Shown here one piece after another: positions 21,490-31,755 of a DNA stretch of 64,000 nucleotides (position 1 is its first letter; the number at the start of each line of letters is the position of its first letter). The stretch lies in contig CAWCRS010000001.1 of assembly GCA_963798085.1 (NCBI GenBank), positions 420,522 to 484,521 of the forward strand. Reading direction: 5' to 3'. This stretch comes from an uncultured Gemmatimonadales bacterium. GTDB lineage: Bacteria; Gemmatimonadota; Gemmatimonadetes; Longimicrobiales; RSA9. The translations under genes were made by a program, and so were the position numbers. The notes beneath the pieces are model-generated. The model was not told the DNA's origin, searched no databases, and saw nothing but the letters and a program-made list of their open reading frames with translations.

Positions 21490-22980
21490 TCAATGCGGGT
21501 CCGACCCGGCAATGCGTCCTGCGTGTTGCAGGATGGAGCGAAGCGTGCGCAAGGCCGGCGTCATGGCGTCGGGGCGGACGCAGGCAAAGCCGAGCAGCAG
21601 CGCGGGCCCCGGCGCTGCGCGCATGCAGTACGCAGACAGCGGCTGGACCTCAATGCCTCGGGCCAATGCCTGCGCGGCGACCGCACGATCGCTGTTCTTC
21701 TCGCCCGGCAGCCACGCGATCACGTGCATTCCCGCATCGGCCGGCTCGACGACCATCAGGTCCGCTAACTCGGCTTGCGCCGCAGCGAGCAGCGCCTGCT
21801 GACGCTCGCGATAGGCACTGCGCATGCGCCGCAAATGCCGCGTGAAATGCCCCTCTTCAATGAAGTCGGTGAGCACCGCCTGCTCCAGCGTCGGGGCCAG
21901 ACAGTCCAGAGTGCGACGTGCCGCGCCAAAACGGTCGACCAGTTCCGGCGGCACAATGAGGTAACCCAGGCGCAGCGCAGGAAACACGGTCTTGCTGAAC
22001 GTGCCGACATAGATCACACGACCCGCACGATCGAGTCCCTGCAGTGATGCGAACGAGCGGCCAGGATAGCGGAACTCGCTGTCATAGTCGTCTTCAACAA
22101 CCCACGCATTCACACCCGCCGACCACGACAGCAGTGCCAGCCGCCGCTCGAGTGACAGCGCACTGCCCAGAGGGAACTGGTGCGATGGCGCCACGTACAC
22201 AACCTTCGCCAATGGCGCACGCGCGCAACCTTCCCCGATTACCAGACCCTCGCCGTCCACTGGCACCGGGACAATGCGGGCACCGGCGCGCTCGAAGAGG
22301 CGTCGCGCCGCCAGATACCCGGGGTCCTCGTACCAGACTTCGTCGCCCGGCTCGACCAGCTCGCGTGCGATCATGTCCACCGCCTGCTGCGCGCCACGCA
22401 CCAGGATCACCTGCTCCGCTGATGCACGCACGGCGCGGGACGCTGCCGTGTAGTCGGCGATCGCGCGGCGCAACGGCCAGTAGCCGGCGCCGTCACCATA
22501 GGTCAGAAAATCGCGCGCGGACGTGCGCGCCCGTCGCGTGCACAGCCGCGTCCAGAGCTTCACGGGAAACAGATCGAGCGCCGGCTCACCAATGCGGAAT
22601 GGCCGCGGCGCTGGCGCCGCGCCGGTCACCGGCAGCGTGACGGTCGCACCAGCCCGCAAACCGGAGCGCTGGGCCGCCTGCGGCAGCCTCAGTTCGACGA
22701 CGAAAGTGCCCGCCGATCCACGGCCCCGCAGATAGCCCTCCAGCAGCAGCTGTTCGTACGCCTGCACCACCGTCGTGCGCGCCACCCCGAGATCCCGTGC
22801 CAGCACGCGCGTCGGCGGGATGCGCATTCCGCCCGCGAGTCGACCCGACAGAATGGCTTCGCGGATCGCCGCATGAATCTGCCGGACGAGCGACTCGGCT
22901 CCGTCACGTTCCAGCGTGAGCATGAGTGGTGGATTGTTGCGCCGGTAGCGCGGCGACGCGTCACTCCGTTCGATCTGCAC
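21490..22980 (-). CDS. MocR/GabR-family PLP-dependent GntR regulator
   Basis: wHTH IPPTRVLARDLGVARTTV; EDPGY, EDDYDSEFRY, GTFSKTVFPALRLGY. Confidence 0.92.
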   Translation of the reverse strand: MQIERSDASPRYRRNNPPLMLTLERDGAESLVRQIHAAIREAILSGRLAGGMRIPPTRVLARDLGVARTTVVQAYEQLLLEGYLRGRGSAGTFVVELRLPQAAQRSGLRAGATVTLPVTGAAPAPRPFRIGEPALDLFPVKLWTRLCTRRARTSARDFLTYGDGAGYWPLRRAIADYTAASRAVRASAEQVILVRGAQQAVDMIARELVEPGDEVWYEDPGYLAARRLFERAGARIVPVPVDGEGLVIGEGCARAPLAKVVYVAPSHQFPLGSALSLERRLALLSWSAGVNAWVVEDDYDSEFRYPGRSFASLQGLDRAGRVIYVGTFSKTVFPALRLGYLIVPPELVDRFGAARRTLDCLAPTLEQAVLTDFIEEGHFTRHLRRMRSAYRERQQALLAAAQAELADLMVVEPADAGMHVIAWLPGEKNSDRAVAAQALARGIEVQPLSAYCMRAAPGPALLLGFACVRPDAMTPALRTLRSILQHAGRIAGSDPH

Positions 22981-23187
22981 AGTCTGTCTTCCGACGTGGT
23001 CTTCGCGTTGTCACCGGCGCTGCACTGCGTTCACGGCCCGCCACACGACATCCATCACACAGAACACGCGCGCGCGAACGCGACACGCCACTGTTGGGCA
23101 ACACTGCTGTTATCGCCGCGCGTGCTTCGCGGGCGCACTGCTTGGGCCCGGAGTCGCCGGCATTTGGATCACACGCGGGAGCATGCA

Positions 23188-23975
<788 letters not shown>

Positions 23976-24068
23976 TAGAGTCTAAGGGAGTTTTGGACTG
24001 CCTGACAGCACCAAGAACAGCGCGAGGAGCTATACCAACCGCCGCCGTCGGTTGGCGATATGTCGCTC

Positions 24069-24255
24069 CGGACCGTCTTGGCGTTCATGCGTTGTGGCCG
24101 GAACGGAAATGACGAACGTCGGAAGGTCGCGTCGGCTGGGGCGCACGCAGGCTGGCTTCCGTCTCGCTGCGTTATACAGGAACCGCGATAGACGCTGGAT
24201 CCGAGCCGACTGCATGGCAATGTGGCGCACAACGCAAGAACGCAAAGACGGTCCG
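24069..24255. repeat. Hairpin/REPIN- or MITE-like element, copy 4
   Basis: 28-bp IR (26/28) CGGACCGTCTTGGCGTTCATGCGTTGTG / CACAACGCAAGAACGCAAAGACGGTCCG. Confidence 0.8.
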
Positions 24256-24395
24256 AGACGCTTCTGCCGGGCGGATGTCCTCTGTACCGAACGGTCAGGG
24301 CGCCGGAGTAATTGGCCCGTGGGGTTCCGGCGCTCCTGCGGAGCGCCGGGGCGGCAATCCGGTTGGGCTGGACGGCTGGCGCGACCGCGCAGTCG

Positions 24396-25688
24396 TCAGG
24401 CCAGTCCGTGCTTCAGCACGCCCTCCATCGCGAGGGCGAAATCGTCGACTTCTTCGATGCGGGTATAGACGTTGGGCGTGATGCGCAGGCCCTTGAACTC
24501 ACTGTGCACGATCGGTGTGATGAAGATGCGACGGGTCTTCCACAGGTGGTCGGCGATGGCGCCGGGCTCGAGTCCATCGATGCCCACGTTCGCCAGGCCG
24601 CACGACATGGCGGGATCGAAGGAGGTGTAGAGCCTGACACGCGGTTTGCCCTCGAGTCGTCGCATCCATCGGTCTCGCAGGTAGCGCAGCCGAGCCGCCT
24701 TGCGCTCCGCCCCAATGGCTTCGTGGAAGACCAGTGCTTCCGCAATCGCGTTGTGATTCGCCGCCGGGTGCGTGCCGATCTCCTCGAACTTGCGGATGTT
24801 CGTGTCCATGGACGGTGGCGCCGCCATGAGCGGCCAGATGCTGGCGATCTTCTCGCGCCGGACGTACAGGAAGCCCGTGCCGTGAGGAGCGAGCAGCCAT
24901 TTGTGCAGGCTGGTTCCGTAATAGTCGCACTCGAGATCGTCCCGCTGGAACGGGAAGTGTGCGTACGCATGCGCGCCATCCACCACCACTTCGATGTTCC
25001 GGCTCCTCGCCATGCGCACGATGTCCCGGATGGGAAAGATCTGACCCGTCAGGTTCGTGATGTGGCAGCAGTGGATGATCTTCGTGCGCGGCCCGATCGC
25101 TTTCTCGAAGCGGTCGACCAGGTCCTGCATCGACGGCGGCGGCACCGGGAACGAGATCTGGCGGAGGGTGATGCCTTCGCGCCGCGCGCGCTGCTCGTAC
25201 GTCGTGAGCATGCGCCCGTAGTCCTGGTTCGTGGTGAGGATTTCATCGCCTTTCTCGAGGTGTAACCCGAGCTGCACGATCTCGAGCGCCTCGGAGGCGT
25301 TGCGCGTGATCGCCATCTCCTCGGGATCGCAGCCGAAGTTGCGGGCCAGCTGCTGGCGCACGCTCTCGATCTGCGGCTCGACCAGCTGCCACATCGAGTA
25401 GGCGGGCGCTTCATTGGAGATGGCGAGGTAGCGGGCCATGGCTTCCTGGACGACGCGCGGTGAAGGGCTGACCCCGCCGTTATTCAGGTTGTTGATGGTG
25501 CGGTCGACCGTGAACGCGCGCTGGATTTCCTGCCAGTAGTCCTCGTCCTGCGCCACCTCTTCCGGCGACCGTTGATCGACGAAACACGTGGCCTTCTCCA
25601 CGAACGAGAGCCAGTCGTTGCGGAACGCGGGTGGCGTGATGGCGGCGCCGGCGAGCAGCCGGCCGAAGAAATCGCGGCGTGAAGGCAT
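24396..25688 (-). CDS. Class V PLP aminotransferase (isopenicillin-N epimerase-like) with Tat signal
   Basis: SRRDFF Tat motif; NLNNGGVSP, VDGAHA, SLHKWL. Confidence 0.9.
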   Translation of the reverse strand: MPSRRDFFGRLLAGAAITPPAFRNDWLSFVEKATCFVDQRSPEEVAQDEDYWQEIQRAFTVDRTINNLNNGGVSPSPRVVQEAMARYLAISNEAPAYSMWQLVEPQIESVRQQLARNFGCDPEEMAITRNASEALEIVQLGLHLEKGDEILTTNQDYGRMLTTYEQRARREGITLRQISFPVPPPSMQDLVDRFEKAIGPRTKIIHCCHITNLTGQIFPIRDIVRMARSRNIEVVVDGAHAYAHFPFQRDDLECDYYGTSLHKWLLAPHGTGFLYVRREKIASIWPLMAAPPSMDTNIRKFEEIGTHPAANHNAIAEALVFHEAIGAERKAARLRYLRDRWMRRLEGKPRVRLYTSFDPAMSCGLANVGIDGLEPGAIADHLWKTRRIFITPIVHSEFKGLRITPNVYTRIEEVDDFALAMEGVLKHGLA

Positions 25689-25759
25689 TGTCGCCTCCGG
25701 TGTGAGGAGCGGTGGAGAAATGCGTGAACAGGTCACCCGTGGTGACCCCAAACGTGACG

Positions 25760-26338
25760 TTAATCGTCCGGCGTGATGCTCTCGAGCAGTCCGCTCTCGA
25801 TGAACAGAACGATACCCTGGCCGAGCGTGCGCACCCCTGCCACGACGTGGCGCCGCCCGCGGAACTGGGTGACGACCCCCTTCAGCCCGAGGAACGGTCC
25901 GTCCGTCACCCGCACCCAGTCACGCTCGCGAAACGGATGCGGGACCGGCTCCTGGCGCAGCGCGTCGAGCCCCCTCGCCAGCAGCCGGAGATTCTCGATC
26001 TCCGCATCGCGGATGGGCGCCGGCCGTCCCGAGTGGTACACGACCATGGCGACGCCCGGCGTCGTCAGCACGCGGTGGATCTGCTCCGTCGCAAAGCGGC
26101 CAAACACGTAGTCAGGAAAGAGTGGGAACTGTACCACCCTGCGCCGGTCCGCCCACTGTCGTTCGCGCGCAATGCGCGGCAGGTACACCTCAATGCCGCG
26201 TTCCGCGAGCAGATGCTCGACGCGCTTCTCCGCGCGCGGACGCGTGCGGCAGGCGAACCAGCGCGGCGGCTCCGCCGACAGCACTAACGGCTCGTTATTG
26301 AACCCCGCGTGCGACGCCCGGGCTGTCGTTCTGTGCAT
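25760..26338 (-). CDS. UpxY/LoaP-like NusG-paralog transcription antiterminator
   Basis: WFACRTRPRAEKRV, YLP...QWADRRRVVQFPLFPDYVF (NGN domain), VRVTDGPFLGLKG (KOW). Confidence 0.88.
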   Translation of the reverse strand: MHRTTARASHAGFNNEPLVLSAEPPRWFACRTRPRAEKRVEHLLAERGIEVYLPRIARERQWADRRRVVQFPLFPDYVFGRFATEQIHRVLTTPGVAMVVYHSGRPAPIRDAEIENLRLLARGLDALRQEPVPHPFRERDWVRVTDGPFLGLKGVVTQFRGRRHVVAGVRTLGQGIVLFIESGLLESITPDD

Positions 26339-26909
26339 TGCTTCCGTCCACGCGCAGGTTCGTGCACGAGCAGCGTCGTCCCTCGCACGGGAGCGCTGGT
26401 CCGACCCCGCCGCGGCCCCCGGCCGATCTTGCGACCCCCGGCCGGCCACGGCAAGGAGACCCCGCTCACCGACCGGAGTGGCCAAGCGCAGTGGCTGAGC
26501 GCAGTGGCTGAGGGGAGGCGGAGCAGGCTGCGCGCAGGGACTGACCGAGTTGCCGTGCGGAAAATGGCCAAGGGCAGTCGCTGAGGGAGCGCCGGCCGGG
26601 ACCGGACGGCGGGTGGACGGCGAGGCCGGCCGGTGGCGCTTGCCGCTGCCCCGGCTCAAGCGCACATTCGGGTGAACCCCCGGACGCTCGCCGCGTCCAC
26701 CCCAGGATCGACGAACGGGCGTGTCGCTCCATTCCGTCGCGCCGATCCCCCGGGCTCGCTCCCCTCGTGCAGCTGTCGGCGGCGCCCCGGTGCTCCGCGC
26801 GTGGCTGTAATTGACGGAGCCAAGGAGCGTGCGGCCCGTTCACCCATGGTTCTGCCCCGCCGCGTGTGTCACAGTCGCCTGCGTCACCGCGCGTGCCGGG
26901 GGAGTGAGC

Positions 26910-27914
26910 ATGGAAGACGGCCGGGACCTACCGAAGCGCCCAGTCGTCCGTGACGGACCGAAGCTTCTCGAACAGGTCGCGGCTGCGTGCCGCGCGCGGC
27001 AGTTCAGCGACCGCACCGTGGAAGCGTATTCCGGCTGGGTCCGTCGTTTCGTGCTCTTCCACGGGAAGCGTCACCCCCGCGAGCTGGACGGCCCCGCCGT
27101 TTGCGCGTTCCTCACGCACCTCGCCGCCGAGCAGCGCATGAGCGCGTCGACGCAGCGGCAGGCGGCGAGTGCTCTGCTGTTCCTCTACGAGCAGGTGCTC
27201 CGTCTGCCGATCGTTGTGCCCGAAGGCGTGATCCGGCCGCAGCGGCCGTTGCGGTTGCCCATCGTCCTGTCACGCGCCGAAGTGCGTCTGGTACTCGACG
27301 AAGTGCAGGGCCCATCGCGACTGGTGACCCGCCTCCTCTACGGCGCCGGCCTCCGGCTGATGGAAGCGCTCTCGATCCGCGTCAAGGACCTCGCCTTCGA
27401 GCGTGGCGAGATCGCCGTGCGTGGCGGCAAGGGCGGCCACGACCGGATCGCCATCCTCCCGGCCGCCCTCGCCGAGCCTCTGCACAAGCAGACGACCCGC
27501 GTCCGCACGCGTCACGAGCGCGATCTCGCCGGCGGCGGCGGCTGGGTTTCGCTGCCCGGCGCGTTCGCGCGCAAGTCTCCCGGCGCAGCCCGCGACCCCG
27601 GCTGGCAGTACCTGTTTCCCGCCGCGAGGACGTACACCGATCCGGCGACCGGCCAGCAGCACCGCCATCATCTGCACGAGACCGCCGTCCAGCGCGAGGT
27701 CTTGGCCGCTGCGCGGCGGGTGAAGATTGGCAAGCGCGTCACCTGCCACACATTCCGCCACTCCTTCGCCACGCATCTGCTCGAGGATGGCTACGACATT
27801 CGCACGATCCAGGAGTTGCTGGGTCATCGGAACGTTCGTACTACAATGATCTACACTCACGTTCTCAATCGCGGCGCGGGCGGGGTGATCAGTCCGCTGG
27901 ACCGGCTGAAGTAA
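26910..27914 (+). CDS. intI: Integron integrase
   Basis: Tyrosine recombinase motifs YGAGLR, HTFRHSFATHLL, LGH, TTMIYTHV plus the IntI-specific insert HERDLAGGGGWVSLPGAFARKSP...WQYLFPA; SD GGGGAG. Confidence 0.97.
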   Translation: MEDGRDLPKRPVVRDGPKLLEQVAAACRARQFSDRTVEAYSGWVRRFVLFHGKRHPRELDGPAVCAFLTHLAAEQRMSASTQRQAASALLFLYEQVLRLPIVVPEGVIRPQRPLRLPIVLSRAEVRLVLDEVQGPSRLVTRLLYGAGLRLMEALSIRVKDLAFERGEIAVRGGKGGHDRIAILPAALAEPLHKQTTRVRTRHERDLAGGGGWVSLPGAFARKSPGAARDPGWQYLFPAARTYTDPATGQQHRHHLHETAVQREVLAAARRVKIGKRVTCHTFRHSFATHLLEDGYDIRTIQELLGHRNVRTTMIYTHVLNRGAGGVISPLDRLK

Positions 27915-28095
27915 TGGCGCTCAGCACGCAGCATATACCGGATTGCGTCTTGTCGTGTGTCTGGGCCGGTTCGCAGGCTTGCGTTCGCGGGCGTGACGGT
28001 TAGACCGCGGGCGTGGTGGGGTTGCTAGCTTTGGGGGTGAGGTCGAGAGCTTGCGCGCCTCGCAGGAAGCGACTCGATCATTCCGTTCAATCCAT

Positions 28096-28116
28096 GCAGT
28101 ACAGAATGCGTTATGC
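28096..28116 (+). other. Putative attI of array 1 (GCAGTAC-7bp-G|TTATGC)
   Basis: Identity with the duplicate cassette at 37253 begins essentially at this core; no canonical attC hairpin upstream. Confidence 0.65.
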
Positions 28117-28321
28117 TGCGGTTAGACGCACGTCGGCCGTTGCGCGACTACGACCGCGTTCCAACTCGATGGGTGCTTCCGGTGGCAGTAACTCGGAGCC
28201 TGCGTCGGAAACAGCGATCTGGTCCTGGCCCGTTTTCCGACCGCCCCAGATCGAGTCGACATCCAGATTGGGGCTGATTAGCTTGCCTGTGGTGTGATCG
28301 GAAAATGAACGCCGAGGACTC

Positions 28322-28552
28322 ATGCGAAACGAGTTCACCGCCGTATTCGAGCACGACCAGGACTGGGTGGTTGCGTACTGTCCGGAGGTCCCTGGAGCGA
28401 ACGGCCAGGGTCGGACGAAGGACGAGGCACGTTCAAGTCTCATCGACGCCATCGTTCTGATCCTCGAGGACCGGCGCGAGGATGGGCTGCGTGGCGTTCC
28501 TGAGGATGCGGAACGCGAAACGATTACTGTCAACATCCGCGGCGCTGCGTAG
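28322..28552 (+). CDS. hicB: HicB-like antitoxin (cassette A)
   Basis: VAYCPEVPGANGQGRTKDEA. Confidence 0.85.
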   Translation: MRNEFTAVFEHDQDWVVAYCPEVPGANGQGRTKDEARSSLIDAIVLILEDRREDGLRGVPEDAERETITVNIRGAA

Positions 28553-28567
28553 ACAAGGCGTCCGTCC

Positions 28568-28756
28568 GTGAAGCGGAGTGCCCTGCTGAAGCACCTGAGG
28601 CTTCACGGCTGCGTTCTGAAGCGCGAAGGACGATCTCACTCCCTTTGGCTGAATCCCGTCACCGGTGCCGTGGAAGCGGTGCCACGTCACACCGAAATCT
28701 CGAACCTGCTTGCGCGCAAGATCTGCCGAAACCTGTCCATTCCAGAGATCGGCTGA
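28568..28756 (+). CDS. hicA: HicA-family toxin (cassette A)
   Basis: REGRSHSLW...VPRH. Confidence 0.88.
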   Translation: MKRSALLKHLRLHGCVLKREGRSHSLWLNPVTGAVEAVPRHTEISNLLARKICRNLSIPEIG

Positions 28757-28813
28757 GCACTCTTTGGCTTGCCGCAAGGCGGAGCGCGGACGAGAGCGTT
28801 ACTCGGGTCCGCA

Positions 28814-28934
28814 GCATAACAGGCAGGTGAAGCTGTCGCGCAACGGCTGTCGGCGCATCCCGCGATGAAGTGCAAAAGCCAAGCTGGCGAGTAGCGCCTG
28901 CCAGCAGCGCGCAGCTTACCCACGAGCGTTAGAA
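28814..28934 (+). repeat. attC (cassette A)
   Basis: GCATAAC...GGTGAAGC...GCTTACC...GTTAGAA. Confidence 0.92.
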
Positions 28935-28963
28935 CGCCTGAGGCAGGCGCAAACGATCAGGGA

Positions 28964-28993
28964 TTGCGCGTAGCATGACAGTCGGGCTATACT
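28964..28993 (+). promoter_or_regulatory. Sigma70-like promoter for higBA, probably leaderless
   Basis: TTGCGC-18-TATACT, 6 nt before ATG 29000. Confidence 0.6.
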
Positions 28994-28999
28994 GACCCC

Positions 29000-29293
29000 A
29001 TGATCCGGTCGTTCCAAGATGTGGCGACGGAGGACATCTTCAACGGTCGGACCACGCGCGCGGCTCGCCGGACACTTCCGCAGGAATTGTGGCGGGTTGC
29101 GCGGCGCAAGCTGGAAGCGCTCGATTCCGCCGAGACCCTTCAGGACCTCCGCGTGCCGCCTGGAAACCGGCTGGAGCAGCTCAAGGGTCACCGTGCAGGG
29201 CAGCACAGCATTCGCATCAACGATCAGTTCCGGATCTGCTTCCACTGGGCAGAGCCGGGGCCCGAGGACGTCGAGATCGCTGACTACCACTGA
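29000..29293 (+). CDS. higB: HigB toxin (cassette B)
   Basis: MIRSF...PPGNRLEQLKG...HSIRINDQFRICF. Confidence 0.92.
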   Translation: MIRSFQDVATEDIFNGRTTRAARRTLPQELWRVARRKLEALDSAETLQDLRVPPGNRLEQLKGHRAGQHSIRINDQFRICFHWAEPGPEDVEIADYH

Positions 29294-29301
29294 GAATTCC
29301 C

Positions 29302-29628
29302 ATGGTTCGGATCCCCACGCACCGCGCGCCCATTCACCCGGGTGAGATGCTCCTCGAGGAGTTTCTCAAGCCTATGGGGCTAAGCCAGCGCGATCTCGCC
29401 GACGCGATCAATGTACCGTACCAGCGTATCAACGAGATCGTGAATGGACGGCGAGGAATCACGCCCAGCACGGCTGTGCGACTGGGGCATTTCTTCGACA
29501 TGAGCAGCGGCTTCTGGTTGAATCTGCAGACCCGCTGGGATCTCTATCATGCGGAGCGTTCGGAAGCCTCCGTGCTTCGCAACATTCCGAGATACCGTAC
29601 CCGCCGGCCGTCACCGACCCGAAGCTGA
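29302..29628 (+). CDS. higA: HigA antitoxin (HTH)
   Basis: HPGEMLLEEFL...RINEIVNGRRGIT...FWLNLQ. Confidence 0.92.
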   Translation: MVRIPTHRAPIHPGEMLLEEFLKPMGLSQRDLADAINVPYQRINEIVNGRRGITPSTAVRLGHFFDMSSGFWLNLQTRWDLYHAERSEASVLRNIPRYRTRRPSPTRS

Positions 29629-29635
29629 GAAAGCG

Positions 29636-29756
29636 TTCTAACACGCGGGTGAAGCTGCCGCGCGGGTGACCTTTGTCGCTTGGCGCCACTGCCTGTGGTG
29701 CCCGACAGGCAGGTCGCGCCCGGGATGGCGCGCAGCTTACCCACATTGCGTTAGGC
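29636..29756 (+). repeat. attC (cassette B)
   Basis: TTCTAAC...GGGTGAAGC...GCTTACCC...GTTAGGC. Confidence 0.92.
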
Positions 29757-29786
29757 GACTTGTCATCTTCGTCCAGAAGGACATGC

Positions 29787-30779
29787 ATGGGCATTCTTGG
29801 CTCCCTCCGACCGTTCGTGTGGCTAAGCGCTGCGGCGACAGCCGCCGCCGCAAATCAGGCCCAGCGTGTCAATGTAGACGCTATCGCGATAGCGACCCTT
29901 CAACGTGAGGCCCAAGCGCGATCTCCCGCCGGTCGATCAGGCGCCGCTCTCGCCTATGATGCCATGCGTAAGGAGATGGTACTGTTTGGCGGCATCGCAT
30001 CGGATGGTAAGAGCTTCCCAAGCGATCTGTGGGCGTGGAACGGACGCTCGTGGCGTCAGCTGATTCCGTCAGACGGTCTCGCGCCCAGCGGCCGGGCATT
30101 TCACAATTTGGTGTTCAATGCTGCACGCCAGCGCATGGTCATGTTCGGCGGGCGGCGCGACGGCATACTTAGCGACATGTGGGAGTGGGACGGCGTCCGG
30201 TGGCACCAGATAGTCAGCGATACTTTGACGCTGTTGCACGCTGCTGCGACGTACGACCCAGCGCGTCGTCGCGTCGTGGCCTTCGGCGGGCTCAACAATA
30301 GTGGCCCCCGGCGAGACGTGATTGAATGGGACGGTCGCAAATGGAATACCCGGGGTAGCGCTGGACCCGAGGTCGGGCTGGTATTTCCTGCCGTGCTGGC
30401 CGCCTCGCCCACCGGCGATCTCACCATTGTGAACATGCAATCGGGACGATCATCTGATTCCATTCCGGCGTTGACGTGGGAGTTGAACGGAAGCGCCTGG
30501 AGGCGTCGCGAAATTGGCCCCGCACTGACCAGCTTGCAACCCGCCGTGAGCGCGCCTGACGGCACGATATACATCTATCAGAGAGCGGCTGATTGGCTCT
30601 CCACGCCGCTGGTGCACACGCGGAAGCCGGATGGCACCTGGGTCACCGTGTCACCGTCGTTGCGGCCCGAGGGGAATAGTGTTCCTGCCGTTGCGTATGA
30701 TTCCGATCGCCGGCGTTTCGTTCTTTACAGCACTGATCTTTGGGAGTGGAATGGCGCCCGTTGGGCGAAGCGGCCATGA
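29787..30779 (+). CDS. Secreted Kelch-like beta-propeller protein (cassette C)
   Basis: Repeated YD..R...VLFGG...D.WEWDG..W units; signal peptide. Confidence 0.8.
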   Translation: MGILGSLRPFVWLSAAATAAAANQAQRVNVDAIAIATLQREAQARSPAGRSGAALAYDAMRKEMVLFGGIASDGKSFPSDLWAWNGRSWRQLIPSDGLAPSGRAFHNLVFNAARQRMVMFGGRRDGILSDMWEWDGVRWHQIVSDTLTLLHAAATYDPARRRVVAFGGLNNSGPRRDVIEWDGRKWNTRGSAGPEVGLVFPAVLAASPTGDLTIVNMQSGRSSDSIPALTWELNGSAWRRREIGPALTSLQPAVSAPDGTIYIYQRAADWLSTPLVHTRKPDGTWVTVSPSLRPEGNSVPAVAYDSDRRRFVLYSTDLWEWNGARWAKRP

Positions 30780-30814
30780 TGGCTGGGAAGAGGAATCGGC
30801 TGCGCAGTATCGTC

Positions 30815-30923
30815 GCCTAACCAGCGCTTGCTGCTGCCAGTTCGCGGCGGCCGGCCGAAGGAGTACCCTTGAATAGGGAAGCGGGGCCGCCGCGCCCCGC
30901 AGCAGAAGCGCGCTCAGTTATGC
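30815..30923 (+). repeat. attC (cassette C)
   Basis: GCCTAAC...CTTGCTGCTG...GCAGCAGAAG...GTTATGC. Confidence 0.9.
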
Positions 30924-31037
30924 ATCCTCGCTCGTCGCCGGGATTTCAGCCGACGCTGGGGCCTTTACCGAATCTCCCACGCCGGCACCCAACGTGGACC
31001 GGTGGGTAGGAGAGGGCACCTGTCGCAGGAGAATAGC

Positions 31038-31262
31038 ATGCCGTCAACAGCAAACGTTGTCCATAGCGACCCCGAGATCCTTGGTGGGACACCGGTCTTC
31101 GTCGGCACGCGCGTACCCGTTCAATCGCTCTTCGACTACCTGGAGGGCGGCGAGACTCTGGATGAGTTTCTCCGCCAATTTCCATCCGTGAGGCGCGAAC
31201 AGGCGTTGATCGCCCTCGAACTCGCACGCGATTCGCTCTTGGGCCTTGCGCGTACTGCTTGA
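31038..31262 (+). CDS. DUF433 antitoxin (cassette D)
   Basis: DPEILGGTPVFVGTRVPV; SD AGGAG. Confidence 0.9.
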   Translation: MPSTANVVHSDPEILGGTPVFVGTRVPVQSLFDYLEGGETLDEFLRQFPSVRREQALIALELARDSLLGLARTA

Positions 31263-31566
31263 CGAAAACATGCCCGTCGGTCTCGCGGCCGAGTTCTCGG
31301 GCCACGCTGTTGAGTCGGTGCTTGGCTTGGGTTGGGCAGGCATCAGGAACGGCGAGCTTCTTCGCCGTGCAACAGGCCGCTTTGACGCGCTGGTCACCAT
31401 GGACCGGAATCTGGAGTTCCAACAGCCGGTCGCCCGTCAACCGTTCGGTGTCGTGGTTGTTCACGCTCCATCGAATCGATTGCTGCATTTGTTGCCGCTC
31501 GTCTCGGAAATCAACCGAGCTCTCGTCGGGATCGGCCCGGGCGAGCTTCGACATGTGGGTGGGTGA
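31246..31566 (+). CDS. DUF5615 PIN-like toxin (cassette D)
   Basis: RVLLDENMP...GWAGIRNGELL...LVTMDRNL. Confidence 0.85.
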   Translation: MRVLLDENMPVGLAAEFSGHAVESVLGLGWAGIRNGELLRRATGRFDALVTMDRNLEFQQPVARQPFGVVVVHAPSNRLLHLLPLVSEINRALVGIGPGELRHVGG

Positions 31567-31609
31567 GCACCGCGGCGCTGCACGATTGCCGGCCAGCCAT
31601 TTTCCGGAT

Positions 31610-31731
31610 GCATAACAGGCGGCTGAAGCTGACGCGCTGGCATGTTCAGCCGACACGCTCTCCGCGTCAGAATGCCGCCCCGAAGCGGACCGCGCCTTCA
31701 GGGCGCGCAGCTTACCCAAATCGCGTTAGCT
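31610..31731 (+). repeat. attC (cassette D)
   Basis: GCATAAC...GCTGAAGCTG...CAGCTTACC...GTTAGCT. Confidence 0.9.
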
Positions 31732-31755
31732 GGCAAACAAGCATTGTACCAAATC

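Noticed and set aside
26485..26510. 13-bp tandem repeat AGCGCAGTGGCTG x2 between upxY and intI
   Set aside because: Only two exact copies in GC-rich DNA; no function can be supported.
27927..28120. CGCAGCATATAC complementary to the first cassette's start, suggesting an attC instead of attI
   Set aside because: No convincing L''/L' stem and the span is too long; kept as an attI candidate.
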